NCBI GenBank assembly: GCA_965205425.1
Contig: CBDBGZ010000009.1
Coordinates: forward strand, 1,120,001 to 1,184,000
Length of the DNA stretch: 64,000 bases
Reading direction: 5' to 3'
Origin: Nitrosopumilus sp.
GTDB lineage: Archaea; Thermoproteota; Nitrososphaeria; Nitrososphaerales; Nitrosopumilaceae
The notes under the pieces were generated by a model, which saw only the letters and a list, made by a program, of their open reading frames with translations, did no database searches and was not told the origin of the DNA. The position numbers were made by a program, and so were the translations under genes. Of the stretch, positions 10,283 to 19,985 are shown in pieces (position 1 is the first letter of the stretch; each line of letters opens with the position of its first letter).

Positions 10283-10535
10283 GTATATCATCATGTGAAT
10301 TCGGAATATAAAGTAAGAGTTTCAGATTAGATGTATTTTATCCAAAAAATTATAATAATATAGAAATAAAACCAAAATATTACATATTAATATGCTTAAA
10401 ATAATTTAAATTTGGTTATTTTTTCATCAATTTTAATGTTATACATCAATGATAAACATTGAACATAGTATCGATCCTCGCTGTTAAGGTAAAACATATA
10501 ACGACGTGTTTTGTTTCCTGACTTTAGGGATAACT

Positions 10536-11105
10536 ATGGTCGAAAAAAGAATTTTCGTATTTGGACTAGCTGTCGTACTCGCACTAGGAACTTTAGGTTT
10601 CAACTGGGTTGAATCCGTACTTCCAACTGCAGAGGCACACGGTGTCCAAGCACAACTCCAGAGTCGTTTCATCAGAATTGAGGATGAAACCTTCAACAGA
10701 CAATCCCTACAAACTGGCGAAACCTTGACACTTCAAGGAACTTTAGTTAGTTTAGTAGAAAGAGACCTTAGAGGATGGCTATCCATTTTCTCAGAGTCAA
10801 CCAACGCAGGTAACAGATGGGAGATGTTGGCAAGAGACCCACCAGGAAACGTCTTTGACATTCCAGGTAACGCTGTAGTCGATTACTCACTATCTGCCAA
10901 AGCACTTGAAGCAGGTGTATACCACGTACACACCCAACTCAACGTAGCAAAAGTTGGTCCAGGACTCGGTCCAGGTCAAACAGTAGTAGTTGAAGGCGAA
11001 CCAATTATCAAACCAATCCCATATACTAACATCGCATATCAATCAATTATTATCGGTGTAGGATATGTCATTACGTTTGCAACACGACCCTGGCAAGTAA
11101 TCTAA
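10536..11105 (+). CDS. amoB: ammonia monooxygenase subunit B
   Basis: signal peptide followed by HGVQAQLQSRF; YHVHTQ. Confidence 0.97.
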   Translation: MVEKRIFVFGLAVVLALGTLGFNWVESVLPTAEAHGVQAQLQSRFIRIEDETFNRQSLQTGETLTLQGTLVSLVERDLRGWLSIFSESTNAGNRWEMLARDPPGNVFDIPGNAVVDYSLSAKALEAGVYHVHTQLNVAKVGPGLGPGQTVVVEGEPIIKPIPYTNIAYQSIIIGVGYVITFATRPWQVI

Positions 11106-11198
11106 ACAAACCCACTTTTCCTTTTCATTTATTAGATTCTTCTTTACGGTTTCCGTAAGACAGCCAAGTTTTATCTTCTAGAAAACAATAATGAAAAT

Positions 11199-11513
11199 GT
11201 GCTAAGTTTCAAGATAACAAAATTAGATATTTTTCAAAGTTATTTTTTTGGAGAAACTGAATTTCGTTCTGACAAATACAAAGTGAATATACAAAATCAA
11301 AGAAGAGGAAAAGTTCTGAAGTTACCTTTTGAGATAAAACCAAAAAGTGAAAAAATTGTTGTGAGAGTATCGGGAGAAGGAGGTTTATTCATGGAAGACT
11401 ATCTACCTTACAAAGGAGAATCAGAATGGCTTGAAATTGATTCTGATGAAATAACATATTTTCTTGCAGACCATCAAGACCAATGCGATACCATTGAAAT
11501 TATGTATGAATAA
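11199..11513 (+). CDS. hypothetical protein
   Basis: 104-aa ORF within the amo region. Confidence 0.7.
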   Translation: MLSFKITKLDIFQSYFFGETEFRSDKYKVNIQNQRRGKVLKLPFEIKPKSEKIVVRVSGEGGLFMEDYLPYKGESEWLEIDSDEITYFLADHQDQCDTIEIMYE

Positions 11514-11551
11514 GAGAAAGGACTTTAAGGAATCTGGTCAAAGTCATCACG

Positions 11552-12085
11552 ATGAAATATCCTGGAATGGGGGATCCATACAAGAAAAAGAAAACTATTA
11601 GATTTCTCATCATATCTGCAATCATTGCAGTATCAATAGGATTAGGTAGTACCGTCATTCAAAGTCAATTAAATCAAGACAATCCACTCAAAGTCTGTAT
11701 TGATGATAGAGAAACCCCATACAAAATGAAGGTCAGTTTGGAATTAATCATAGATGGTCTTCCAACAGAAATTCCTGCAAACATTAACGCCGGATTAAAT
11801 GATGGAGAATGTAAAAGGACCATGTATACTTTGACTGATGATGGAACCATCTATGTTGAATGGGAAGAGGATTATCCATGGGAAATTGGTCACTTTTTGT
11901 GGATGTGGGAATTTCCTTTACGAGATATGGATCAGGACAAATCAACATTCTATGTAAATGATAAAGAGTCATCAAAATTCATCAATACTCCATTACAAGA
12001 TGGATATCACTACAAGGGAGTATTTACTACAAAGGATTATGATTCATCCAAAGACAAAGACTTCCTACCAGAACTAGAAAATTAG
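11552..12085 (+). CDS. membrane-anchored exported protein
   Basis: N-terminal TM; similar in layout to 46946-47743 but without its His motifs. Confidence 0.7.
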   Translation: MKYPGMGDPYKKKKTIRFLIISAIIAVSIGLGSTVIQSQLNQDNPLKVCIDDRETPYKMKVSLELIIDGLPTEIPANINAGLNDGECKRTMYTLTDDGTIYVEWEEDYPWEIGHFLWMWEFPLRDMDQDKSTFYVNDKESSKFINTPLQDGYHYKGVFTTKDYDSSKDKDFLPELEN

Positions 12086-12189
12086 TATTGTGGACTTTGT
12101 AAAAATTTCTAATAATTAGAACTTTATAAAAATGGCATAGTTTTCACTGAAGGATATTAAAAATAATGAAAAGATGAAAGTTGGTAATT

Positions 12190-12459
12190 TTACCAGTATT
12201 TACCGTTGTCTGGAATAAGACCGATACCTTCTCTTTCAAAGTGTCTGTCTAATTCATCAACCCATCTTTCACGGTTGTCTTTGTAAGCCCAGCCGTGTAC
12301 ACGTAACCAGAATGAGATAATTCCAAGAAGGAATATTGTGAACATAATGGTTCCGAAGATGTAAATCATTACATCGTAAAATAATGGATCATAGTTTGGT
12401 CCTAGTTGTCCTGTAATTGAAGACAGGATGCTTAGGAAAGTACCTACGATAGGAATCAT
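12190..12459 (-). CDS. amoZ: probable AMO accessory subunit AmoZ
   Basis: small membrane protein; position next to the amoY candidate and rps15 (assigned from recalled synteny). Confidence 0.6.
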   Translation of the reverse strand: MIPIVGTFLSILSSITGQLGPNYDPLFYDVMIYIFGTIMFTIFLLGIISFWLRVHGWAYKDNRERWVDELDRHFEREGIGLIPDNGKYW

Positions 12460-12601
12460 AATAATTTGGCTCTATTTGTGCGATATATACATTTCTTTTA
12501 TTATCATAAAATACGAGATCAGTATTACACTAGAAGAGAGAAATTTTATCTTTAGTATCCACTAAGAATAGATAATAAAATAAGAGAAAATTGAGGTTTG
12601 T

Positions 12602-12934
12602 TTATCCTCTTCCCATTGCTGCGTATTTGCCTGATCTTCCTCTAATGAAGAAGGCTCCTGCAATACCACCGAACACTGCACCTGCAATAACGGCTGCACC
12701 AACTACACCACCTGCATCAAGATATGGAGTTCCTGAACCAGAAGATGGATTTGCTTCAGCTGCTGCGATTCTTCTTGTTTGAATCTCAAGTATTTCTTCT
12801 AATGTGTATGATCCGGTTTGACCTTCGCTACCGATATTACCCATGTATTGTGCGAATGCTACTGCTGAACTTGCAGACATTCCGATAGTGAAGACAGCGA
12901 TTAAGGATGCTGTTAATAGTATTGTTGTATTCAT
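12602..12934 (-). CDS. amoY: probable AMO accessory subunit AmoY
   Basis: signal peptide (AFA-QY); SGSGTPYL; C-terminal TM; recalled synteny. Confidence 0.6.
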   Translation of the reverse strand: MNTTILLTASLIAVFTIGMSASSAVAFAQYMGNIGSEGQTGSYTLEEILEIQTRRIAAAEANPSSGSGTPYLDAGGVVGAAVIAGAVFGGIAGAFFIRGRSGKYAAMGRG

Positions 12935-13058
12935 ACCGTTTACCTGCTTGTTTTGGGGCCAGAGACTTATTTAACTTTTATTCTGAACCCCAAATTCGGG
13001 TATAATGTACGAGATCAGTATAAGTAACGTTTAATTCTGTTCTATAATGAGCCAAATC

Positions 13059-13508
13059 ATGGGACGAATGCACACACACAGACATGGAAAATCACATTCT
13101 ATTAGACCAGCTACACTTCGTGCACCTTCATGGATTACTCAAAGTCCTGCAGAAATTGAAGAATTAGTAATTAAATACACTAAAGATGGTTTGACCCCTA
13201 GTCAAATCGGAATTAAATTAAGAGATCAACATTCAATTCCTCTAATCAAACCAATTACCAAAAAAAGTATGGGACAGATTCTAGAAGAGAATGATTTGAA
13301 AGCAGAGATGCCAGAAGATCTTGAAAACATTGTTAGAAAAGCAGTGGGTCTTCAAAAACACCTCAAAGCAAACAAAGGAGACAATAGAAATGTCAGATCT
13401 TTGGAATTAATTGAAGCCAAAGTTCACAGACTATCAGTCTATTACAAAAGAATTGGAAGAATTTCCAAAACATGGAAGTATAAATCCGTGGTTGCTCAAT
13501 TAGAGTAA
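13059..13508 (+). CDS. rps15: 30S ribosomal protein S15 (uS15)
   Basis: MGRMHTHRHGKSHS; PSQIGIKLRDQH. Confidence 0.95.
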   Translation: MGRMHTHRHGKSHSIRPATLRAPSWITQSPAEIEELVIKYTKDGLTPSQIGIKLRDQHSIPLIKPITKKSMGQILEENDLKAEMPEDLENIVRKAVGLQKHLKANKGDNRNVRSLELIEAKVHRLSVYYKRIGRISKTWKYKSVVAQLE

Positions 13509-14929
13509 TGACAAATTCACTTGATGAATCACTTTCATTTTTCAAAGATAAAATTTCAGATTGTATAAAATCAAAAAAATCAATTTCAGTAACAACCCAT
13601 ATTGATTGTGATGGACTCACATCTGGGAGTATAGTCACTAAAGCTCTAATTAGAGCAGGATCTAATTGTACAGTTAGAACATCAAAAGAATTTAGCAAAA
13701 ATGTTCTAGAGTCATTCAAAACAGATTCTCGAGACTTTCACATAGTTACAGATTTGGGAGGAGGCTTTGCAAGTGAATTAGACAAAACACTTGGAGATAA
13801 TTGGATAGTTTTAGATCATCATCAAATATCAGATGAAGAAAAAGATAATCAAAATGTCATAAATTCATGGAAATATGGAATTGATGGAGGAGCAGATATT
13901 TGTGCAGGAGGAATGGCATATCTAGCCTCAGTAGCCTTAGATGAAAGAAATTCAGATTTATCAGCAATTGCAGTTGTTTCAGCATTAGGAGATAGGCAAG
14001 ATCAAGGAGAAAGAAAGTCATTTACTGGTAAAAATTTTGAAATTGCCAATATTGCAAAAGAGCAAGGTTTAGTCGATATTGATTTAGATTTGTTATTGGC
14101 AGGGAGAGAAACAAGACCACTTGCAGATGCCTTGGCATTTACCTCACAGCCATTTATCGAGGGATTAACTTGGAATAGAGATGCATGTTTTTCAATCCTA
14201 AATTCCTCAGGAGTCAATCTAAAAGAAGAAGGTAGATGGAGAGTTCCAGCTGAATTGAATGAAGATGAAAAAAGACAAGTGATTAAAGCAATTACAAAAT
14301 TTGCTTCTGGTAAAAATGCGACTGAAATTATGACAGAACTGATTGGGTATACCTATACATTTCCACAAGAAGATAATCGAAGTTTCTTACGCGATGGAAG
14401 AGAATTTTCAACCATGCTAAATTCATGTGGAAGAATTAATCGTTCAGGTGTAGGGATGGCAGTATGTATGGGAGATAGAAATAAAATTCTAAGAGAAGCT
14501 GAAACTATTCTAACAAATTATAGAAAAATGATTAGAGAATATATGAATATTTTATCTAATGAAAGATGGAGAATTTCAGAAAGTGATACATGTGTCATGG
14601 TAAACGGTGAAGACATAGTTCCAGAAACCATGACAGGTACAATTTCATCACTTATCGCAGGTTCTCCTAAAAATTCAGGAAAAATTGTGATCTTGAGAAC
14701 AAAGGCTGAAGAAAATACAATAAAATTCTCATCTAGGAAATCATTTGGGTGTACATCTGACATTAATCTGAGTGAAATAATGAGAACAGGCGCCGAAAAA
14801 TTTGATGGTATTGGAGGAGGTCATAATGCAGCAGCAGGAGCAAAAATAACTAAAGACAAATTGGATGAATTTCTCAAATATTTGGAAGTAAATGTCGTTA
14901 ACGTGTCAAGTTCAAGTAATTCTCAATAA
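13508..14929 (+). CDS. DHH-family phosphoesterase (RecJ-like)
   Basis: HIDCDG, LDHH and GGGHNAAAG motifs. Confidence 0.9.
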   Translation: MTNSLDESLSFFKDKISDCIKSKKSISVTTHIDCDGLTSGSIVTKALIRAGSNCTVRTSKEFSKNVLESFKTDSRDFHIVTDLGGGFASELDKTLGDNWIVLDHHQISDEEKDNQNVINSWKYGIDGGADICAGGMAYLASVALDERNSDLSAIAVVSALGDRQDQGERKSFTGKNFEIANIAKEQGLVDIDLDLLLAGRETRPLADALAFTSQPFIEGLTWNRDACFSILNSSGVNLKEEGRWRVPAELNEDEKRQVIKAITKFASGKNATEIMTELIGYTYTFPQEDNRSFLRDGREFSTMLNSCGRINRSGVGMAVCMGDRNKILREAETILTNYRKMIREYMNILSNERWRISESDTCVMVNGEDIVPETMTGTISSLIAGSPKNSGKIVILRTKAEENTIKFSSRKSFGCTSDINLSEIMRTGAEKFDGIGGGHNAAAGAKITKDKLDEFLKYLEVNVVNVSSSSNSQ

Positions 14930-15134
14930 CATATCTAAAGAAAAAGCCGAAACGGTGAAAAAAGCCTTAGAACCAGACAATGTAGATTTTCCAGAAGGAT
15001 TGAGTCTTTATGTTGAAAATATTGATAACAAACTAGTTTTTAATTTTGAAAGTAAAAAGAATATGAAGCAGCTTACCAGTACAGTTGATGAAGTTATGGA
15101 GCATATCCAAGTTGCATTAAAGGTGATAGAATAA
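14892..15134 (+). CDS. pcc1: KEOPS subunit Pcc1
   Basis: ALEPDN motif; size and context. Confidence 0.8.
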   Translation: MSLTCQVQVILNNISKEKAETVKKALEPDNVDFPEGLSLYVENIDNKLVFNFESKKNMKQLTSTVDEVMEHIQVALKVIE

Positions 15135-16399
15135 TGTTAGATCCAAAAATTGTAAAAGAAAAATCTCAAGTAATTCGAGATATGCTCAAAGCTAGATCAG
15201 TAGATTTTGATTTGGATGCATTAATTGAATCAGATCAAAAAAGACGAGAATTTATCCTCAAAACAGACGAATTACGAAAAAAGAAAAACCAAGTTGCATT
15301 AGAAATTTCACAGAAAAAAAAGGCAGGAGAAGATACTTCATCAATTTTGTCAGAAATGAAAAATGTGTCAGCTGATCTTGCAAAATTAGAATCAGAACAA
15401 GAATCTATTGAAAATACTTATTCTAAATTAGCATTAACTATTCCAAATCTTATTCATGAATCAGTTCCTACAGGTACTGATGAAAGCGCCAATCAAGAAG
15501 TTCGGAAATGGGGAAATATTCCAACTTTTGATTTCAAAATTAATGATCATATTGATATTTCAGAAAATTTAGATTTAGTAGATCTTGAAAGAGCTGCAAA
15601 AGTTGCTGGTGCTAGATTTTATTATTTGAAAAATGATCTTGTAAGATTAAATCAATCACTAATTCATTATGGATTAGATTTCCTGGCAAAAAAAGAATAT
15701 TCTTTGGTTCAACCTCCTTACATGATTAATAGAGAATCAATGGAGGGGGCAGTTATTGCGGATGACTTTGAAGAAGTCATCTACAAAGTAGAAGAAGAAG
15801 ATCTGTACATGATTGGAACATCTGAACATGCCATGGCTGCAATGAGGGCAAAAGAAATTCTTGAAGGGAAAGATTTGCCTTTAAGATATGCAGGTGTTAG
15901 TCCTTGTTTTAGAAAAGAAGCAGGTGCACATGGAAGAGATCAGAAGGGAATTTTTAGAGTTCATCAATTTGATAAAATTGAACAATTTGTATTTTCAAGA
16001 CCTGAAGATTCTTGGAAGGAACATGAGAAAATGCTAGCAGTTGCTGAAGAATTTTATCAAAACTTGGAAATCCCACATAGAGTAATGTTGTTATCATCTG
16101 GAGACATGGGGAAGGTTTCAGTAAAAACATATGACATTGAGGCTTGGATGGCAGGACAGAATGCATATAGAGAAATTGTTTCATGTTCAAATTGTTTAGA
16201 TTATCAAGCAAGACGTTTGAAGATTAGATTTAGAGATAAAACAAATGAAGACACACAATATGTTCATACACTAAATAGTACTTTGATAGCCACAACCAGA
16301 ATCATGGTTTCCATTATGGAGAACTTCCAAACTAAAGATGGACACATTAGAATTCCTAGTGTTTTACAGAGTTACATGGGAAATCAAAAAGAGATTTAG
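15134..16399 (+). CDS. serS: seryl-tRNA synthetase
   Basis: FRKEAG..GIFRVHQF; SCSNCLDYQARR. Confidence 0.97.
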   Translation: MLDPKIVKEKSQVIRDMLKARSVDFDLDALIESDQKRREFILKTDELRKKKNQVALEISQKKKAGEDTSSILSEMKNVSADLAKLESEQESIENTYSKLALTIPNLIHESVPTGTDESANQEVRKWGNIPTFDFKINDHIDISENLDLVDLERAAKVAGARFYYLKNDLVRLNQSLIHYGLDFLAKKEYSLVQPPYMINRESMEGAVIADDFEEVIYKVEEEDLYMIGTSEHAMAAMRAKEILEGKDLPLRYAGVSPCFRKEAGAHGRDQKGIFRVHQFDKIEQFVFSRPEDSWKEHEKMLAVAEEFYQNLEIPHRVMLLSSGDMGKVSVKTYDIEAWMAGQNAYREIVSCSNCLDYQARRLKIRFRDKTNEDTQYVHTLNSTLIATTRIMVSIMENFQTKDGHIRIPSVLQSYMGNQKEI

Positions 16400-16439
16400 T
16401 GACATACCCTTATATTTTGGCTTCAAAGGTCGTTAATAA

Positions 16440-17051
16440 TTGGCACGTAGAAAAGGTCGAGTAAAGGACAAGTGGCGAGAAAAACGCTGGGTTACAGTAT
16501 ATGCACCAGATTCATTTAACAACGTACCAATTGCATATGTTCCAATCACTGATGATGAAAACGCAGTAGGTAGAGTTTTAGAAGTTACATTGTATGATAT
16601 TCTAAAAGGAGATCCTTCACAACATCAATACAAAATCTATTTTCAAATTCATAAGATTGAAGGTGATAAAGCAACAACAATTTTCAAGAGATATGAGTAT
16701 TCAAAAGAGTTTTTGCGTAGTTTAGTTAGACGTGGCTCATCAAAAATTAATTTCAGTATTGATATCAAAACTAAAGACGGTTATATCTTCAGAATTAAAT
16801 TATTAGCTCTAACACATAGACAACTTAACACATCTAGACAACATGCCCTTAGATTAATTGCTCAAGAAGTGATTAACAAAACAATTCCAGAAATGACAAT
16901 TGATCAATTTGTTCAAGCAACATGTTACAGTAAAATTAATTCAGATATCATGGCAGCATTCAAGAGAGTAATCAGAGTAAGACATGTAGGTCTAGAAAAA
17001 GTAAAACTCATCAGAACTGCAGACAAAGAAACAAAATTACTAGAAGCATAA
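16440..17051 (+). CDS. rps3ae: 30S ribosomal protein S3Ae (eS1)
   Basis: KDKWREKRW; LRSLVRRGSSKI. Confidence 0.95.
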   Translation: MARRKGRVKDKWREKRWVTVYAPDSFNNVPIAYVPITDDENAVGRVLEVTLYDILKGDPSQHQYKIYFQIHKIEGDKATTIFKRYEYSKEFLRSLVRRGSSKINFSIDIKTKDGYIFRIKLLALTHRQLNTSRQHALRLIAQEVINKTIPEMTIDQFVQATCYSKINSDIMAAFKRVIRVRHVGLEKVKLIRTADKETKLLEA

Positions 17052-17077
17052 CTGTCTAGAATTATTCTTCAATAATC

Positions 17078-17506
17078 ATGGTTCATAAGATTGAAATCAC
17101 AATTGATGTAATTGTTCATGCAACAGAAGATAATTCAAAAATTTTTCAATCGTTTGAAGATATTATGGATATCAAAGAAGATGAATTTACAATTGATGAA
17201 ACAGAAGGTCATTATGAAAATCCAATAATAATGTTAAATGCAAAAATTGTAAAAAAACAGGCTCAAAATTTAATGAATAAACTCCTTGAAACATTACCTG
17301 AAAAGCAAATAAAAGAATTGATTGAAGAGGTTGAAGAAAGAACAATAGATTCAAAATTTCACATGAGATTAGACAAACAAGAATTAATCAAGGGAAATCT
17401 AGTAAGTAATGAAAAAGGCACTATAAAATTAAAAATACACACACCGATTTACAACAAAAAAGATACTATCAAAATATTTTCTGAGATTTTTCAAATTGTC
17501 AACTAG
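17078..17506 (+). CDS. DUF54-type RNA-binding protein
   Basis: HATED, GHYENPI and RLDKQ motifs. Confidence 0.8.
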   Translation: MVHKIEITIDVIVHATEDNSKIFQSFEDIMDIKEDEFTIDETEGHYENPIIMLNAKIVKKQAQNLMNKLLETLPEKQIKELIEEVEERTIDSKFHMRLDKQELIKGNLVSNEKGTIKLKIHTPIYNKKDTIKIFSEIFQIVN

Positions 17507-17536
17507 ATTAAATAGGAATAAAACAACTATCCAATT

Positions 17537-17606
17537 TGGGAATGAGGAAATAACAGCCGCTCCAGTCTGAGCGAAAGCCTTGAAGACGCCGCGACGAACC
17601 GACCCA
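17537..17606 (+). ncRNA. C/D box guide sRNA
   Basis: terminal stem TGGG/CCCA; C box ATGAGGA, D' CTGA, GC-GAAA-GC hairpin, C' TGAAGA, D CCGA; TATA at 17508-14. Confidence 0.75.
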
Positions 17607-17692
17607 TATTATCGATCAACCATTTTCACACATTGATTTTGTAGACTATTTCATGGTATTATTTTAAATACGGATAGACAAAACTCAATATC

Positions 17693-19150
17693 GTGACAGA
17701 CTATGATGTTATAATCGCAGGAGGAGGTCTTGCTGGAACCATTACAGCACAAGCTATTGCTCACTATTCAAATCAAAATTTGAAAATTTTAATCGTTGAT
17801 AGAAATACAGAATTTCTACCGGGTAGAAAATCATTAGCTGGATGGGTATGTGGAGATGCATGTTCTAAAGAAGCAGTTGATTTTATGACAGAGAGAATCA
17901 AAGTTGAATGGACTAAACCAGAAATTGAACATGATGTAAAGGGAGTCATGGCATTCTCACCAGATAAAGAAACTTCAATTCCTTTTGACGGAGATGGATT
18001 TATGTTAAATCGTCAAAAATTACCAGAAATTCAAAATGAAAGATGTAAAAAAATGGGTATTGAATTTGAATATGAAATTAATCTAACAGGTCTAATTTAT
18101 GAAGGTCAACAAGCAGTTGGAGTTCAAGGAGTAGATAATAAAACAAAACAACCATTCAAAAAAACATCAAAAATTGTAATTGACGCAACAGGAGTTACAT
18201 CTATGCTTAGAAATGGCCTTCAGAACTCTACCAAAGTAGAAAAACGAATTGATAGACGGGATTTAGAATCAACTGGAAGATACATCATGCATTTTGAAAA
18301 AGGTCAAAATGATCTTGCTGAATTTGATCCAGATTATTGTATCATTCATTTAGATCAAGACATTGCACCTGGAGGGTATGGATGGGTATTTCCAAAAGGA
18401 GATACTAAAGTTAACATTGGTTTAGGGGTTGAAAAATCTCTTTTAGATAAAAGAAACAAGAGATTGGGTAAAAAAGACAATGTTGAATCATTAATGAAAG
18501 AATATCTTTACAGAAATACTGCAATTAAAAATGCAAAGCTATCAGAAGAACCACAAGATATTAACAATAATTCAGGAGTATTCCAAGTTTCAGTTAGAAG
18601 ACAAAATGATTGTATGGTGTCAGGTGGATACGTAATGGTTGGTGATTCAGCATGGATGCCAAAACCAATTGATGCTGGAGGTATAGGACCAGCTTTGATT
18701 GCAGGTACAATTCTAGGAAATAACGTAGCTCAAGCATTAGAAGCAAATGATGTTTCTGAAGCAGGTTTGTGGCAATACAATTTAGATTACATCAAAGAGT
18801 ATGGATACAAAACTGCAGGTCTTGAGCTCTTTAGACGATTAATTCAACAAATGTCTAATGAACAAATCAGTTATGGAATGAAGCACTTTTTGGGAAAACT
18901 TGATGCTGAATCAATTAGTAAAGGTGAACATCCAGACTTTTCAGGATTAGGAAAAATTGGAATGATAATTAGAGGTGCAATGAATAAAACAGTTGCAGAC
19001 GGACTCAGATATACTTCTAAAGAAAATCAATGGTTAGTTGAACATTATAATAATTACCCAAAAGACCCATCAGGATTTGATGATTGGAATAAAACACTTC
19101 ATCAAAGACTAGAAGAAGCATTTACAAAAATAGAATCGTTTGATTCCTAG
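17693..19150 (+). CDS. geranylgeranyl reductase family flavoprotein
   Basis: GGGLAG, YGWVFPK and VGDSA..P..AGGI motifs. Confidence 0.88.
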   Translation: MTDYDVIIAGGGLAGTITAQAIAHYSNQNLKILIVDRNTEFLPGRKSLAGWVCGDACSKEAVDFMTERIKVEWTKPEIEHDVKGVMAFSPDKETSIPFDGDGFMLNRQKLPEIQNERCKKMGIEFEYEINLTGLIYEGQQAVGVQGVDNKTKQPFKKTSKIVIDATGVTSMLRNGLQNSTKVEKRIDRRDLESTGRYIMHFEKGQNDLAEFDPDYCIIHLDQDIAPGGYGWVFPKGDTKVNIGLGVEKSLLDKRNKRLGKKDNVESLMKEYLYRNTAIKNAKLSEEPQDINNNSGVFQVSVRRQNDCMVSGGYVMVGDSAWMPKPIDAGGIGPALIAGTILGNNVAQALEANDVSEAGLWQYNLDYIKEYGYKTAGLELFRRLIQQMSNEQISYGMKHFLGKLDAESISKGEHPDFSGLGKIGMIIRGAMNKTVADGLRYTSKENQWLVEHYNNYPKDPSGFDDWNKTLHQRLEEAFTKIESFDS

Positions 19151-19190
19151 ATCTAATATTAAATATTGTTTAAATTAATGAAAACATACT

Positions 19191-19985
19191 TTGGAAGAAG
19201 CTCAATATCTTGATTGGAATAATTCAACTCAAATTCTAAACAAAGCGCATGAAGCAGGTCTTTTTGTGCTTATTATTGGTCCAAAGGGAACTGGTAAAAC
19301 ATCACTAGTCAGAGATTTTGCTAAAAACAAGAATATCAATCAAGAATCAATCAATTTTAGTCTTAGAACTAGAGAAAGTCATTTGGTTGGAACTAAGACC
19401 TTGAAAGATGGAACTGTTAGTTTTGATGAAGGGTTACTGATAAAATCCATGAAGAGTGGAGATATGCTATATCTAGATGAAATTAATTCAGCAGAAGCAG
19501 ATGTTTTACTTAGATTAGATGAGGCATTAGATGATAGACGTCAAATTGTATTAAAAGAATCAACAGGAGAAGTTGTCAAAGCAAAAGAAGGATGGTTTGT
19601 AGTTGCCACAATTAATCCATTATCACATAGTGGAACAAAAGAATTACCACCACAATTACTAAGTAGATTTCCAGTACGGATTAGATTAGAATATCCACCA
19701 GAAAATATAGAATTAGAAATTGTAAAAAAATATGTTTCAGGAAATCATGAAGCAAAAATTATTCAAGCAATTAAACTAGCAAATACACTTAGACAAGCTG
19801 CTGCTGTTGAAGAATTATTTTATTCGCCTAGCTTAAGAGAGACCATTGCTTTTGGAAAATTGTTAGATAAGGGAATGTCACCAAAGGAAGTTGCAGATAT
19901 TGTTTTTGGAAATGTCTATACACAATGGGGCAATATTGAATATCAAAAGGTTAGTGACATTATCACTTCAATGTTTGGAAATTAA
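19191..19985 (+). CDS. MoxR/CbbQ/NorQ-type AAA+ ATPase
   Basis: GPKGTGKT, LDEIN, ATINP, LLSRF, PSLRE. Confidence 0.9.
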   Translation: MEEAQYLDWNNSTQILNKAHEAGLFVLIIGPKGTGKTSLVRDFAKNKNINQESINFSLRTRESHLVGTKTLKDGTVSFDEGLLIKSMKSGDMLYLDEINSAEADVLLRLDEALDDRRQIVLKESTGEVVKAKEGWFVVATINPLSHSGTKELPPQLLSRFPVRIRLEYPPENIELEIVKKYVSGNHEAKIIQAIKLANTLRQAAAVEELFYSPSLRETIAFGKLLDKGMSPKEVADIVFGNVYTQWGNIEYQKVSDIITSMFGN

